Shown piece by piece: positions 8,403-16,959 of a stretch of 43,856 bases of DNA (the stretch's first letter is position 1; each line of letters begins with the position of its first letter). The notes beneath the pieces were generated by a model. It did no database searches, had not been told where the DNA came from, and saw nothing but the letters and a program-made list of their open reading frames with translations. The translations under genes and the position numbers were made by a program. The stretch lies in assembly GCA_046593245.1 (NCBI GenBank), contig JBKJOD010000303.1:1-43856 (forward strand), read 5' to 3'. Origin of the DNA: Phycisphaerales bacterium. Its GTDB lineage: Bacteria > Planctomycetota > Phycisphaerae > Phycisphaerales > UBA1924.

Positions 8403-8421
8403 CACGGGCAAGATGCCCGTC
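8403..8421 (-). terminator. hairpin (minus strand GACGGGCATCTTGCCCGTG) directly after the lpxI stop
   Basis: Stem ACGGGC (8404-8409) / GCCCGT (8415-8420) with a 5-nt loop. It abuts the lpxI stop codon at 8422-8424. Confidence 0.4.
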
Positions 8422-9309
8422 CTACGCCTGCGCCGCGGGCACACCAATAATCGCAACCCCCAGCGAATCCGCCAAATCCAGCAGTTCGGGCTTGTCGATC
8501 ATGATGACATCGCCCGCCGCGAGCGCGAGGCAGCGGCCGCCGTGTTTGTAGAGGTTCTCAATGGTTTGCGGCCCCACGGTGGGGACATCCGAGCGGCGGT
8601 CGTGTCCGGCGCGGGCTCCCTTGCAGAGCGTCCAACCGGTGGCGCGGCAGATGACGCCGACGCGCTCGATCATTCTGTCTGTGCCTTCGACGGCTTCGAC
8701 GGCGATCACGTCACGGTCGCGGACGGCGATGGCCTGGCCGATGTCCAGCCGCAGGGTTTGGCTGAGGAGGGGCCAGGCGAATGCGATGTCGGCCCGCTGC
8801 TGGCTGGTGGGCTGGCGCTTGGTCATAACGCCAGCTTCGGAGAGGGAGTCGGCGATGGGGGCGGTGGAGTCGATGAGGTGAACTCCTGAGCGGCTGAGTT
8901 CATCCGCGATTGCGGCCAGAACGGCATGCGAGCGGCGGTCGTGGCGAAGGTGGCGGAACCAGGTCAGAACGGTCCGCCAGTCCGGGACGTTGTGGATCAT
9001 ACTCCACGGGAACCCATACATCAGCTTGGCCTTGTCGATGCGGCCGACCATGACGGCGTGGGAGACGTTGGTCTTGCGGAGCATGCCACCCCAGTGCCCA
9101 ACCTTGAACAGCCCAACGCTTCGGAATGAAGTGCAAAGGGAAGGAAGAACGGAGTCGTACTGGTTTCGGAGGCCGAGGGCGTGGACGGGGTGGCCGGCAG
9201 CGATGAGGCCTTTAGCAATCATGACCGGCAGGCGGCCGCCACCGGCAATCAGGCCAATAGGAGCCGGAGGGGCGGGGGGGTCGGGAAGGATGGTCAGTGT
9301 TGCGGCCAT
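8422..9309 (-). CDS. lpxI: UDP-2,3-diacylglucosamine diphosphatase LpxI (DUF1009 family)
   Basis: IGLIAGGGRLPVMIAKG near the N-terminus, DIGQAIAVRDRDVIAVEAVEGTDRMIER, and HDRRSDVPTVGPQTIENL match the LpxI family pattern. Confidence 0.8.
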   Translation of the reverse strand: MAATLTILPDPPAPPAPIGLIAGGGRLPVMIAKGLIAAGHPVHALGLRNQYDSVLPSLCTSFRSVGLFKVGHWGGMLRKTNVSHAVMVGRIDKAKLMYGFPWSMIHNVPDWRTVLTWFRHLRHDRRSHAVLAAIADELSRSGVHLIDSTAPIADSLSEAGVMTKRQPTSQQRADIAFAWPLLSQTLRLDIGQAIAVRDRDVIAVEAVEGTDRMIERVGVICRATGWTLCKGARAGHDRRSDVPTVGPQTIENLYKHGGRCLALAAGDVIMIDKPELLDLADSLGVAIIGVPAAQA

Positions 9310-9440
9310 GATTGTGCGTGCAAGTCATTGTTGGAAAACGACTTACGAGAATTGTACGGAACCGTGTCCGGATGCATGATGAAAAACCGGCGCTCTTTCG
9401 CGCGATCTTGACGGATTCCGTGGGATGAAGGGTATCGGCG

Positions 9441-9776
9441 ATGGGGGTGGGATGGCAAACACTTGTTTCAGGTGCTGGTTGCGGGGGTTCCCGGGTCGGG
9501 GTCGATATATGTGATATGCCGGATGCACGGGACATGGTGGAGTTGGGAGGAAGGGGAGCCGCGCCAGGTGCGGGATCTGCTGGAACTGGCCACGGAGATG
9601 CGCCGGGGAAGTTTCTCCGTCTGTGGTTCAAGTGTTCGGGGCAATATGCCAGGGCGAATCGGGCGGCGGATGGGTCGGCGTATGTGGGTCGGTGTCCGGA
9701 ATGCGGGGCTTCGGCGACGTTTCCGATTGGTCCGGGGGGGACAAGCGTGCGGGTGTTTGAGGTGAGTTGTCGGTGA
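9441..9776 (+). CDS. hypothetical small protein (possible zinc-ribbon, CPEC)
   Basis: G3-rich codon pattern like the neighbouring plus-strand genes. The C-terminal part is WFKCSGQYARANRAADGSAYVGRCPECGASATFPI. Start is unclear (internal Mets at 9516 and 9534). Confidence 0.3.
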   Translation: MGVGWQTLVSGAGCGGSRVGVDICDMPDARDMVELGGRGAAPGAGSAGTGHGDAPGKFLRLWFKCSGQYARANRAADGSAYVGRCPECGASATFPIGPGGTSVRVFEVSCR

Positions 9777-9828
9777 ACCGGGGTGGGGTGGGGGGAGTCA
9801 AAGTGAGAGCTGAAGGCAGAAGCTGAAA

Positions 9829-9852
9829 CACGGACTGGAAAGCCCGTGCCAC
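9829..9852 (+). repeat. REP-like hairpin, type A: CACGGACTGGAAAGCCCGTGCCAC
   Basis: Stem CACGGAC/GCCCGTG (one mismatch) with loop TGGAAA. It resembles 21399-21422 and ends 16 nt before the ATG at 9868. Confidence 0.5.
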
Positions 9853-9867
9853 GGCGGAATTGCTAGC

Positions 9868-10473
9868 ATGGGCACTATGAGCAGAGTTGCAGGGACGCAG
9901 TATTCGATGTCCTCCTCGACGCGGCGGTGTGCGGCGACGGATCGGGAGCTTGGCACGGGCGAGCGGTTTGTGGCCGCACTGGTGCAGCATCCGGAGGAGG
10001 AGCAGTTTGTCCGCGTGGACTTCTGCGAGCGTGCGTGGAACGAGGGAGCGAGGCCGGCGCGGCCGCTGGTGCTGTTTGGGTTCTGGCGCGGGCTGGTGCC
10101 GGACCCGACGGCGAAGAAGCGGTTGCTGATTGATGATCAGTCGCTGGTGGAGCTGTTCGAGCAGAGCGGCGAGAGCATCGAGGTGGAGGGCGGCGAGGGG
10201 GCGAGTGAGAAAGATCGGCTGGCGTTCCGGTTTGTGCTGTCGTTGATCCTGCTGCGCAAGCGATTGCTGGTGCAAGAAGGAAGCAAGGGGACGACCATGC
10301 TGGTGCGGCAACGCGGCGTGCCGAAGCCGCCCGAGGGGCCGGAGTACATGGAAGTGGTCGACCCCGGACTGGATGCGTCGACGATTGGGAAAGTGACGGG
10401 GATGCTGGGTGCGGTGATATCGGGTGAGACGGGCACATCGCCGACCGGGGCGGAGAAAGGTGGTGGGGCATGA
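9868..10473 (+). CDS. hypothetical protein
   Basis: The 201-aa frame has genome-typical codon bias. Its stop overlaps the next start (ATGA at 10470-10473), implying translational coupling. No family recognised. Confidence 0.65.
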   Translation: MGTMSRVAGTQYSMSSSTRRCAATDRELGTGERFVAALVQHPEEEQFVRVDFCERAWNEGARPARPLVLFGFWRGLVPDPTAKKRLLIDDQSLVELFEQSGESIEVEGGEGASEKDRLAFRFVLSLILLRKRLLVQEGSKGTTMLVRQRGVPKPPEGPEYMEVVDPGLDASTIGKVTGMLGAVISGETGTSPTGAEKGGGA

Positions 10474-11396
10474 AGCGAAGCACGATGTTGGCGGCGGGGT
10501 TGGGGTGCGTAGTGGGGATTGCGGGCGGGTGCGAGAACTTCGGGGAGAAGGGCGGCGAGGGCGCGGCGAAGCCGACGACGGCGAGCCCGATCACCAAGAA
10601 GTTTGGCGAGCCGCCGGCGTATTCGGTGGTGGCGCGGGAGTACAACAGGTCGGTGGATTATCTGGATCGGATTTCGGCACGGGCGAACATCCTCATCACG
10701 TACTTCGACGAAGAGGGCAACGAGCGCACGGAGGATCCAGAAGGTCGATTGCAGATCATCAGGCCCAACAAACTCGCGCTGAGCTTGGGCAAGGCCGGGC
10801 AGATTTTGTTCTGGTTCGGCTGCGATCCTGAGCAGTACTGGTGGATCGATCTGTCGGAGAAGGGCAAGCGGATTGCGGCGGTGGGGCGGCACGAAAAGTT
10901 TGACGATGCGACGGCGGCGCGAATCGGCCTGCCGATCAAGCCGCTGGATCTGATTCGGATGATGGGAGTCGTCAAGATAGACGTGGGGGCGAAGGGCGCG
11001 ACGCAGTGGTCGGAGGATGGGAAACTCGTCGGGATCACCGCCCCGATTGGGGATCGTGGGTTCCAGCGTACCTGGGTAGATCCGAAGACGATGCGTCCGA
11101 GCACCATCGAGATCTTTGATAAGAGTCGTGAGAAGGTGCTGGTGGCGGAACACACGGGCGAGGAGCCGGTGGAGTTTTCCCGAGACCTTCCCGGTGCGGC
11201 GTTTGCGCACGTGCGAGTGCCATCGCGAATCGAGATCACGCATCTGGAGCGCGACGGCCACCCGGAGACCAAGGCGCGGCTGACGCTCACCGGGGTTCGT
11301 GACGGCCCCATCACCGAGAAAGCGTTTGACCTCTCGGTGCTTTTGGACAAGTATCCGGTGGATAAGACGATTGACCTGGATGCGAGGAAGAAGTAG
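10470..11396 (+). CDS. lipoprotein, possibly LolA/LolB-like fold
   Basis: N-terminus MKRSTMLAAGLGCVVGIAGGC has signal peptide plus lipobox-like IAGGC. The fold assignment is only a loose impression. Confidence 0.65.
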   Translation: MKRSTMLAAGLGCVVGIAGGCENFGEKGGEGAAKPTTASPITKKFGEPPAYSVVAREYNRSVDYLDRISARANILITYFDEEGNERTEDPEGRLQIIRPNKLALSLGKAGQILFWFGCDPEQYWWIDLSEKGKRIAAVGRHEKFDDATAARIGLPIKPLDLIRMMGVVKIDVGAKGATQWSEDGKLVGITAPIGDRGFQRTWVDPKTMRPSTIEIFDKSREKVLVAEHTGEEPVEFSRDLPGAAFAHVRVPSRIEITHLERDGHPETKARLTLTGVRDGPITEKAFDLSVLLDKYPVDKTIDLDARKK

Positions 11397-11435
11397 CAAA
11401 TACCTCGTGGGGTGTTGAACGAGGAATGGACAACC

Positions 11436-13298
11436 ATGGCGTTGTTTCATGTGTCGGACATCAAAGTGCCGTGTCGTCCAGCGGCCGCTCTGGCCTGGTG
11501 CGTGTTGGCCTTGGCAGCTGTCATGGTATTTCCGGCGGTGTTGCTCGCTCAACATCAGGATGATCCCGCGCGGCAGATGGACACTCGCCCGGTGATAAGG
11601 CGCGGCACAGCTAACCCCGTAACTGATGGTCATGGGTGGATGGTGGTGGAAGCGCGGCGTGCAGGTGCAGGTGATGGGCGGGTGGTGCTGCTGCATTTAC
11701 CGGCGCGAGAAGTCGGTGGAGGTGGGGATTCATCAGCGGACGATATGAATGGGGTCGTTCGCATCGCTGGGGAAGCACGCGGGCGATGGGACATCGGACA
11801 GGAGGGGCTGGCGTGGTGGCGGAATCGTGTGTATTTCGTAGTTCAGGAGCGGAGTGAGTCGGGTGCGCTGAAGCGTCGGGTGCTCTCGCGTGAAGCGCTG
11901 CGAGGGTTGGGGAGTGGCTACGAGTATTTTCCGTTGAAGGAGTTCCTCGAACTCGCCCCGTTGCCGCACAGCCCTGCGCTGCTCGGGATGGCGGCTTCCG
12001 AACAGGGGCCGATGGCGTGGCTTGCAGAGGATGCGAAGGACGCAGACGGACGGGTGCGGGCCGGGTTGTGGGCATATATAGATGGAAACTGGGTGTCATT
12101 GAAGTCACCGTGGGGAGAGGGTGAAGCCAGCCCGGCGTGGTTCATACATCAAAAGAATGGTGAGTTCGAGCCCGCCCACGATGGGCTGGCGCGGCTGATT
12201 TCCTGGCGTGATGGGATAGCGATAGCGACCAGTAGCGAGGCAGACGGAGTCGTTGTGGTGTGGGTCGGCCATCGCAATGCGGGCACGCCGGCCACGATTC
12301 GGTGGGAGCGGCTGGATTTCGAGCTTGGCGAGATTGCCAGAGTCGACCGCGCATCGTTGCGGCTGGTGTTTGTTGAGGGGGCGCGGGAGCAAGAGGATGT
12401 GTTGGCGGCAGTGGTGATGGCCACCCCCGCGGAGTCACCCTCGGTCGGACTGACGCGAGTGTATGAGTTGCGTTCGGGAACGCGCCCGATCGAACTCGCG
12501 GAACTTGTTGGCGTGCCGCGCGAGGCCAGCGTCATTCCGATGGCTTCGGCTGGAATGTTCGGAGAGGCCTCTGGGCTTCTATCACTGGCGTGGAGAGAGG
12601 GCGCGGCTTCCAGCCCAACGGGCCAAATATCATCGGATTTGCAGGTCCGAGAGATTTCGGTAGTGACAGGACGAGAACTGTACGCGGGGCCATCCCAAAG
12701 CGGGAAGCACCCAGAGCGACCGAGGTTGCAGGGAATCGTCGTGCTCGCGCTGCTCGCGGGTGTGGGTGTGATGGTGTATTTGCTGGCATCTGATCCTCGT
12801 GTCGTGCCGGTGCTACCCGTGGGAGTGCATCTTGCGGACCCGATCCGTCGGCTGTTGGCAGCGATTGTGGACTATGTCCCAAGTGCCATTCTGGTGGCAA
12901 CAGCGCAGGGACGCAGCGCGATGGTGCTGCTGATGCCCAGCACCATGTTGGGAGGAGCGGATGCCGCGCTTGGCAATCTCGACCTGCGTCCGATGGGGCT
13001 GGCGATCGGTGTGACAATTGTGCACGCGAGTATCTGCGAGTGGATGGTGGGAAAATCACTCGGAAAGTTTGTGATGGGCATTCGCGTCGTCTCGATCGCC
13101 GGGGTCGGCGCGGGTGAAGTTGCAGGTGGCACATTCATGTTGCCTGGCCCAGCTCTGGGACAGGTTCTGGTTCGGAATACGGTGCGATGGCTGGTGCCGA
13201 TGCTGGCTTTGTTTGGGATGCTGGATGTGGCGGGGCGGCATCCGGGCGATCTGGCGGCTCGCACGCTGGTGGTGGCCGATCCGAACGATGGGAAGTGA
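11436..13298 (+). CDS. membrane protein with large N-terminal exported domain and C-terminal RDD domain
   Basis: ATG at 11436 with GAGGAA 9 nt upstream. Signal-like MALFHVSDIKVPCRPAAALAWCVLALAAVMVFPAVLLAQ. The C-terminus RRLLAAIVDYVPSAIL ... TM helices ... GRHPGDLAARTLVV fits the RDD family. Confidence 0.7.
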   Translation: MALFHVSDIKVPCRPAAALAWCVLALAAVMVFPAVLLAQHQDDPARQMDTRPVIRRGTANPVTDGHGWMVVEARRAGAGDGRVVLLHLPAREVGGGGDSSADDMNGVVRIAGEARGRWDIGQEGLAWWRNRVYFVVQERSESGALKRRVLSREALRGLGSGYEYFPLKEFLELAPLPHSPALLGMAASEQGPMAWLAEDAKDADGRVRAGLWAYIDGNWVSLKSPWGEGEASPAWFIHQKNGEFEPAHDGLARLISWRDGIAIATSSEADGVVVVWVGHRNAGTPATIRWERLDFELGEIARVDRASLRLVFVEGAREQEDVLAAVVMATPAESPSVGLTRVYELRSGTRPIELAELVGVPREASVIPMASAGMFGEASGLLSLAWREGAASSPTGQISSDLQVREISVVTGRELYAGPSQSGKHPERPRLQGIVVLALLAGVGVMVYLLASDPRVVPVLPVGVHLADPIRRLLAAIVDYVPSAILVATAQGRSAMVLLMPSTMLGGADAALGNLDLRPMGLAIGVTIVHASICEWMVGKSLGKFVMGIRVVSIAGVGAGEVAGGTFMLPGPALGQVLVRNTVRWLVPMLALFGMLDVAGRHPGDLAARTLVVADPNDGK

Positions 13299-13380
13299 TT
13301 TGTGGGATGTTTGGCGGTGTGGCGACAGATTCGCGCAGAAGCCGCGCACAAGGTGAAGGGAATCGGGAGCCGGGGCCGAT

Positions 13381-16344
13381 ATGGACTGGCCGGATCGGCA
13401 AGGATTGCCGGTCGGCAATGGCTTTGGTATTTCGTTGCAAGTGAGGGCTGGAACCGTGGCGGAGGCCAAGGGCGTCAAGTCGAGCGCGGCACAAGAGCCG
13501 GGAGGCGCGAGTGGCGGTGCGCCCATTCCGGGAGATGGGGAAGTGCCCGGGCAAGTGAAGTTCAAGAATGTCTGGCCACTGCCCACGCTGGTGGCGGGTG
13601 GAGTGATGCTCGTGGTTGGCGGGGCGGTGTTCATGATGAACCGGCCGAAGCCACCCGGGGACATTCCGCTTGAGCAGGCGAAAGCGCTGGTGGCGGACAA
13701 ACGGTTTCAGGAAGCGATCGAGAAACTCAACTCCACCGAGGTTCGCAACTACATTGAATATGGATCGCCGGATGCGGAGCACCTGCGCGCGTTCTATCTG
13801 GCCAGAGCGAGAGCGTTCTCCGGCGCGCAGCAAACGCTCGGACTGAACCGGCTGGAAAATCACCAGACGATTGTGGAGAACTTCCAGCGAGCCGAGAAGG
13901 AGGTCTCAGAGGGAAGCGACCGAGATCTGATGCCGGCAGATGTCTCGATGCTTGTGGAGTCGCTCGTTGCACTTGACCAGATCGATGGCGAGAGCGGCGC
14001 GTTGCGGCGGATCGGAAAGCTGCCCGAGCCGGAGCAAGCGCGGAAGACCCGGCTGACGCGCGCGGTGGTGGAGCACAATCTCGCAATCGGGCCGACGCTG
14101 AAGGGTGAAAAGGCCACGAAGCGTTCGGACCAGACGCTGGAACTGCTCGCGGGGCTTGCGGCCGATCCGGCTCTGTCCGCGGCGGATAAAACCTGGGTGT
14201 TGGCACGTCAGGGGGAGATGCTGATCGCGGCTGGGAAGCCCGAAGAGGCGATCAACAAACTGATTCGGCGGGTGGGATTGCTGAAGGATGTGCCGCAGGA
14301 ACAGCAGGGGGAGTTGTACGTGCTGCTCGGAAAGGCCTACTTCCAAGCGGAGCAACCGATCAGCGCGATGAGACAACTGGAGGCAGCGGATGGGCTGTTG
14401 GAGCCCGCCAACTCGCTGCGTGCGGACCTGGGCGTGATGCTTGGGCGGCTGGCGCAGAGCGGCGTGGCAACAGCAGGCGGGGGTGCCCGCGGTGCGAGCG
14501 AGAACGATCCGAACGCACTGCTGGACTTCGCTCGGGAGAAGTTTGAGGGAGTGATCGGAGAGTTCGGCGCCGGAAAGCAATATGCGCGCGCGATGCTGGG
14601 TGTGGCAGAGGTGGAGGCATCACTCCGACATGACGACAAGTCGCTGGAGAAATATGCGGAACTGGTCGCGCTGGTGAACTCCATCAGCGATGGACCGGAG
14701 AAGGCCGCCGAGCATGGCAAGGGCGGAGATGCTCACGCAGCGAGACCACGCGAGAGCGGGCACGAGCCAGCGGCCGCGGAGCAGGCAGCGGCTGGCAAGC
14801 ACGCGGAAGAAAAAAAGCCCGAAGCGGGAGGCCATCCTGAAGTGGCACCTGCCGCGCCAGGACATGTTGAATCGGCCCACTCAGCGGCGATGCCGACTCG
14901 GTTGGCAGAAAAGATTCGTCCGCGTTCACTTGGGGATGTCACACGAGAGAGCGTGCTGACGAGTTTGATGCAGCGATTTCAGGAGCGATTCGACTCCGGA
15001 CAGCGAGAGAGCGCGCTGCGATACGCGGATGTTGCAGAGACGCTCTACAAGGACATCGATGTGCCGCCCGAGGTGCTGGTGGCGATCGGGCGAACGCGAC
15101 GATCGCTGGGCGAGACGTTGATGACGCAGGTACGCGAGCAGCACGCGGCGGACCCGACAAAGAACGGCGCGGATTTTTCCGTCGAATCACTCGATGCCGC
15201 AACTCGCGCGGAAGTGAAGAAGCATTTTATTGTCGCGGGTGATTATCTGCGACGGCACGCAAAGCTTGTGGCGGCAACAGATCCGGGGGCCTCCGCGGCG
15301 AGTCTGTGGACGGCGGCGGATTCGTACGATCGCGCCGGGGACATCGACGAAGCGAAGAAGGCATTCGCGGATTACGCCGAAAACGCGGCGGACACGGACG
15401 CGAACAAGCCCGAGGCGAAGTTTCGGCTGGCGCAGGTGTACCAGGCGAAGCGGGACTTTGTGAGCGCGGCGGCGCTGTACAAAGAACTGGTGGATGCACG
15501 CGATCCGACGAACCCGACGCTGAACTCAGGCGTCATGGCGGACAAGGCGGTGGTGCCGCTGGCCCGCTGCATGTTGAGCGACAACGACCCGGGCAACGAC
15601 GAAGAGGCGGAGCTGATGTTGCAGGGCGTGGTCAACGGCAGTGGTGTCGGTCCGGACGCGCTGGAATATCGCGAGGCATTGATCGAACTCGGAGAATCCA
15701 GCTATCGACGCGAGCGATTCGCGCAGGCGATCGCGTGGTTGGAGGGCGTGTCGAAGCGGTACAAGGACGATCGGCGGATCGAGAGTATCCGGTATTTGCT
15801 CGCGGACAGCCACCGGCGCGAGGCGGTGAAGGTCGGGCAGACTTTGGCGGCGCAGCGACTTCCGCAGGCCGAACGGGACCAGCTCGAGGCCAAACGCACG
15901 GAACATTTGCGAGCGGCGCGGCTCCTGTATGAGGGTGTGAAGGTCGCTCTGGAGCGGAAGACGGCGCGACTGCGGACGAACCTGGAGAAGGTGCACCTGC
16001 GGAACGCGTACTTCTATCTGGGCGACTGCGCGATGGAGATGCACGACTACGACGCGGCCATCGCGGCGTATGACGAGGCGCGGAAGCAGTATTCCGAAGA
16101 GCCGTCGAGCTTGGTGGCGATGGCGCAGATCGTCAGCGCATACGCGGCTCAGGAGAAGTGGGCGGAGGCGCGAACTGCCAACGAGCGGGCGCGGCTCCAG
16201 CTGGCGAAGTTCCCTGAGAGCGTGTGGCAGAATCCGGATCTGCCGATGGAAAAACGGCACTGGGAAAAATGGCTGGACGCCCGAACCCTGATCGGCCAGC
16301 AAGGGCAGGCGACGGGGGAGAAGGGCAACGAGAAGAGCGAGTGA
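13381..16344 (+). CDS. membrane-anchored TPR-repeat protein (987 aa)
   Basis: One TM helix (VWPLPTLVAGGVMLVVGGAVFMM) near the N-terminus is followed by about 900 aa of TPR-like helical repeats (for example LRNAYFYLGDCAMEMHDYDAAIAAYDEARK). A His/Ala/Glu/Lys-rich insert lies around 14700-14900. Confidence 0.8.
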   Translation: MDWPDRQGLPVGNGFGISLQVRAGTVAEAKGVKSSAAQEPGGASGGAPIPGDGEVPGQVKFKNVWPLPTLVAGGVMLVVGGAVFMMNRPKPPGDIPLEQAKALVADKRFQEAIEKLNSTEVRNYIEYGSPDAEHLRAFYLARARAFSGAQQTLGLNRLENHQTIVENFQRAEKEVSEGSDRDLMPADVSMLVESLVALDQIDGESGALRRIGKLPEPEQARKTRLTRAVVEHNLAIGPTLKGEKATKRSDQTLELLAGLAADPALSAADKTWVLARQGEMLIAAGKPEEAINKLIRRVGLLKDVPQEQQGELYVLLGKAYFQAEQPISAMRQLEAADGLLEPANSLRADLGVMLGRLAQSGVATAGGGARGASENDPNALLDFAREKFEGVIGEFGAGKQYARAMLGVAEVEASLRHDDKSLEKYAELVALVNSISDGPEKAAEHGKGGDAHAARPRESGHEPAAAEQAAAGKHAEEKKPEAGGHPEVAPAAPGHVESAHSAAMPTRLAEKIRPRSLGDVTRESVLTSLMQRFQERFDSGQRESALRYADVAETLYKDIDVPPEVLVAIGRTRRSLGETLMTQVREQHAADPTKNGADFSVESLDAATRAEVKKHFIVAGDYLRRHAKLVAATDPGASAASLWTAADSYDRAGDIDEAKKAFADYAENAADTDANKPEAKFRLAQVYQAKRDFVSAAALYKELVDARDPTNPTLNSGVMADKAVVPLARCMLSDNDPGNDEEAELMLQGVVNGSGVGPDALEYREALIELGESSYRRERFAQAIAWLEGVSKRYKDDRRIESIRYLLADSHRREAVKVGQTLAAQRLPQAERDQLEAKRTEHLRAARLLYEGVKVALERKTARLRTNLEKVHLRNAYFYLGDCAMEMHDYDAAIAAYDEARKQYSEEPSSLVAMAQIVSAYAAQEKWAEARTANERARLQLAKFPESVWQNPDLPMEKRHWEKWLDARTLIGQQGQATGEKGNEKSE

Positions 16345-16394
16345 GACGCGGTGAGAAGCAACCAAGGTGCGTGTGAAGCCAAGGAGGGCTGGAC

Positions 16395-16898
16395 ATGATC
16401 GAGCAGATGGCCGAGAATCCGCTGGTGGCCGAGGTGAAGTCGGGCGATCCGGCGAAGTGGCTGCCGCGGCTGAACAAGTTGCTGGATGAGCAGTGCGAGT
16501 TGTGCGTCGGGCTGGACACGCTGAGTGCGCGGCAGACGCAGGCGGTGGGCGTTGGCGATACCGACGGGCTCCTGCGCATCCTTGGTCAGCGGCAGACGCT
16601 GGTGGATCGCGTGACGGACATCAACGCTTTGCTGGAGCCGTTTCGCGTGAAGAAAGAGGAGCTGCTCGGGCGGCTTGCTGCAGCGCAGCGCGAGGGGGTC
16701 GTGCAGCGGGTCGGAAAGATCGCGGCACTGGTGGAGAGCGTGCGGGCGCGGGACGATCAGGACCGGATTGTGATCGAGAAGATGCGGACCGCCGTCGCGG
16801 ATGAGCTGGCGAACCTGACGCGAGTCAAGGGGGCCGCGGCCGCATATGCGAGAAACGGTGCCGGAAACGGGGCGATCTATCAGGATCGAAGGGGCTGA
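16395..16898 (+). CDS. FlgN-like flagellar chaperone (tentative)
   Basis: Strong SD AAGGAGGG 6 nt before the ATG. The 167-aa helical protein has a FlgN-like heptad pattern (LNKLLDEQCELCVGLDTLSARQTQAV...ILGQRQTLVDRV...). Its position next to the flagellar regulators also fits. Confidence 0.5.
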   Translation: MIEQMAENPLVAEVKSGDPAKWLPRLNKLLDEQCELCVGLDTLSARQTQAVGVGDTDGLLRILGQRQTLVDRVTDINALLEPFRVKKEELLGRLAAAQREGVVQRVGKIAALVESVRARDDQDRIVIEKMRTAVADELANLTRVKGAAAAYARNGAGNGAIYQDRRG

Positions 16899-16912
16899 AT
16901 GTTCGCTGAGGT

Positions 16913-16934
16913 TGAACGCGTTCATGGATGAACG
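16913..16934. promoter_or_regulatory. three alternating TGAACG half-sites (TGAACG-CGTTCA-TGG-ATGAACG)
   Basis: Perfect 12-nt palindrome TGAACGCGTTCA (16913-16924) overlaps the inverted repeat CGTTCAT-GG-ATGAACG (16918-16934). It lies between the flgN-like stop and the kinase start. Confidence 0.35.
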
Positions 16935-16959
16935 TGGGAAGGAATGAGGCGCGGAGCGC

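Noticed and set aside
10137-11696. Long ORFs antisense to or overlapping the called genes (for example 723..1733-, 1943..2896-, 10137..11696-, 16825..17841-, 17899..19635-, 21315..23153-, 25769..27136-, 39885..40688+, 41215..42144+, 43038..43700+).
   Set aside because: Their translations are Arg/Pro/His/Gly-rich low-complexity strings with no motifs. Each lies opposite a gene with clear family motifs. These are typical shadow ORFs of high-GC DNA.
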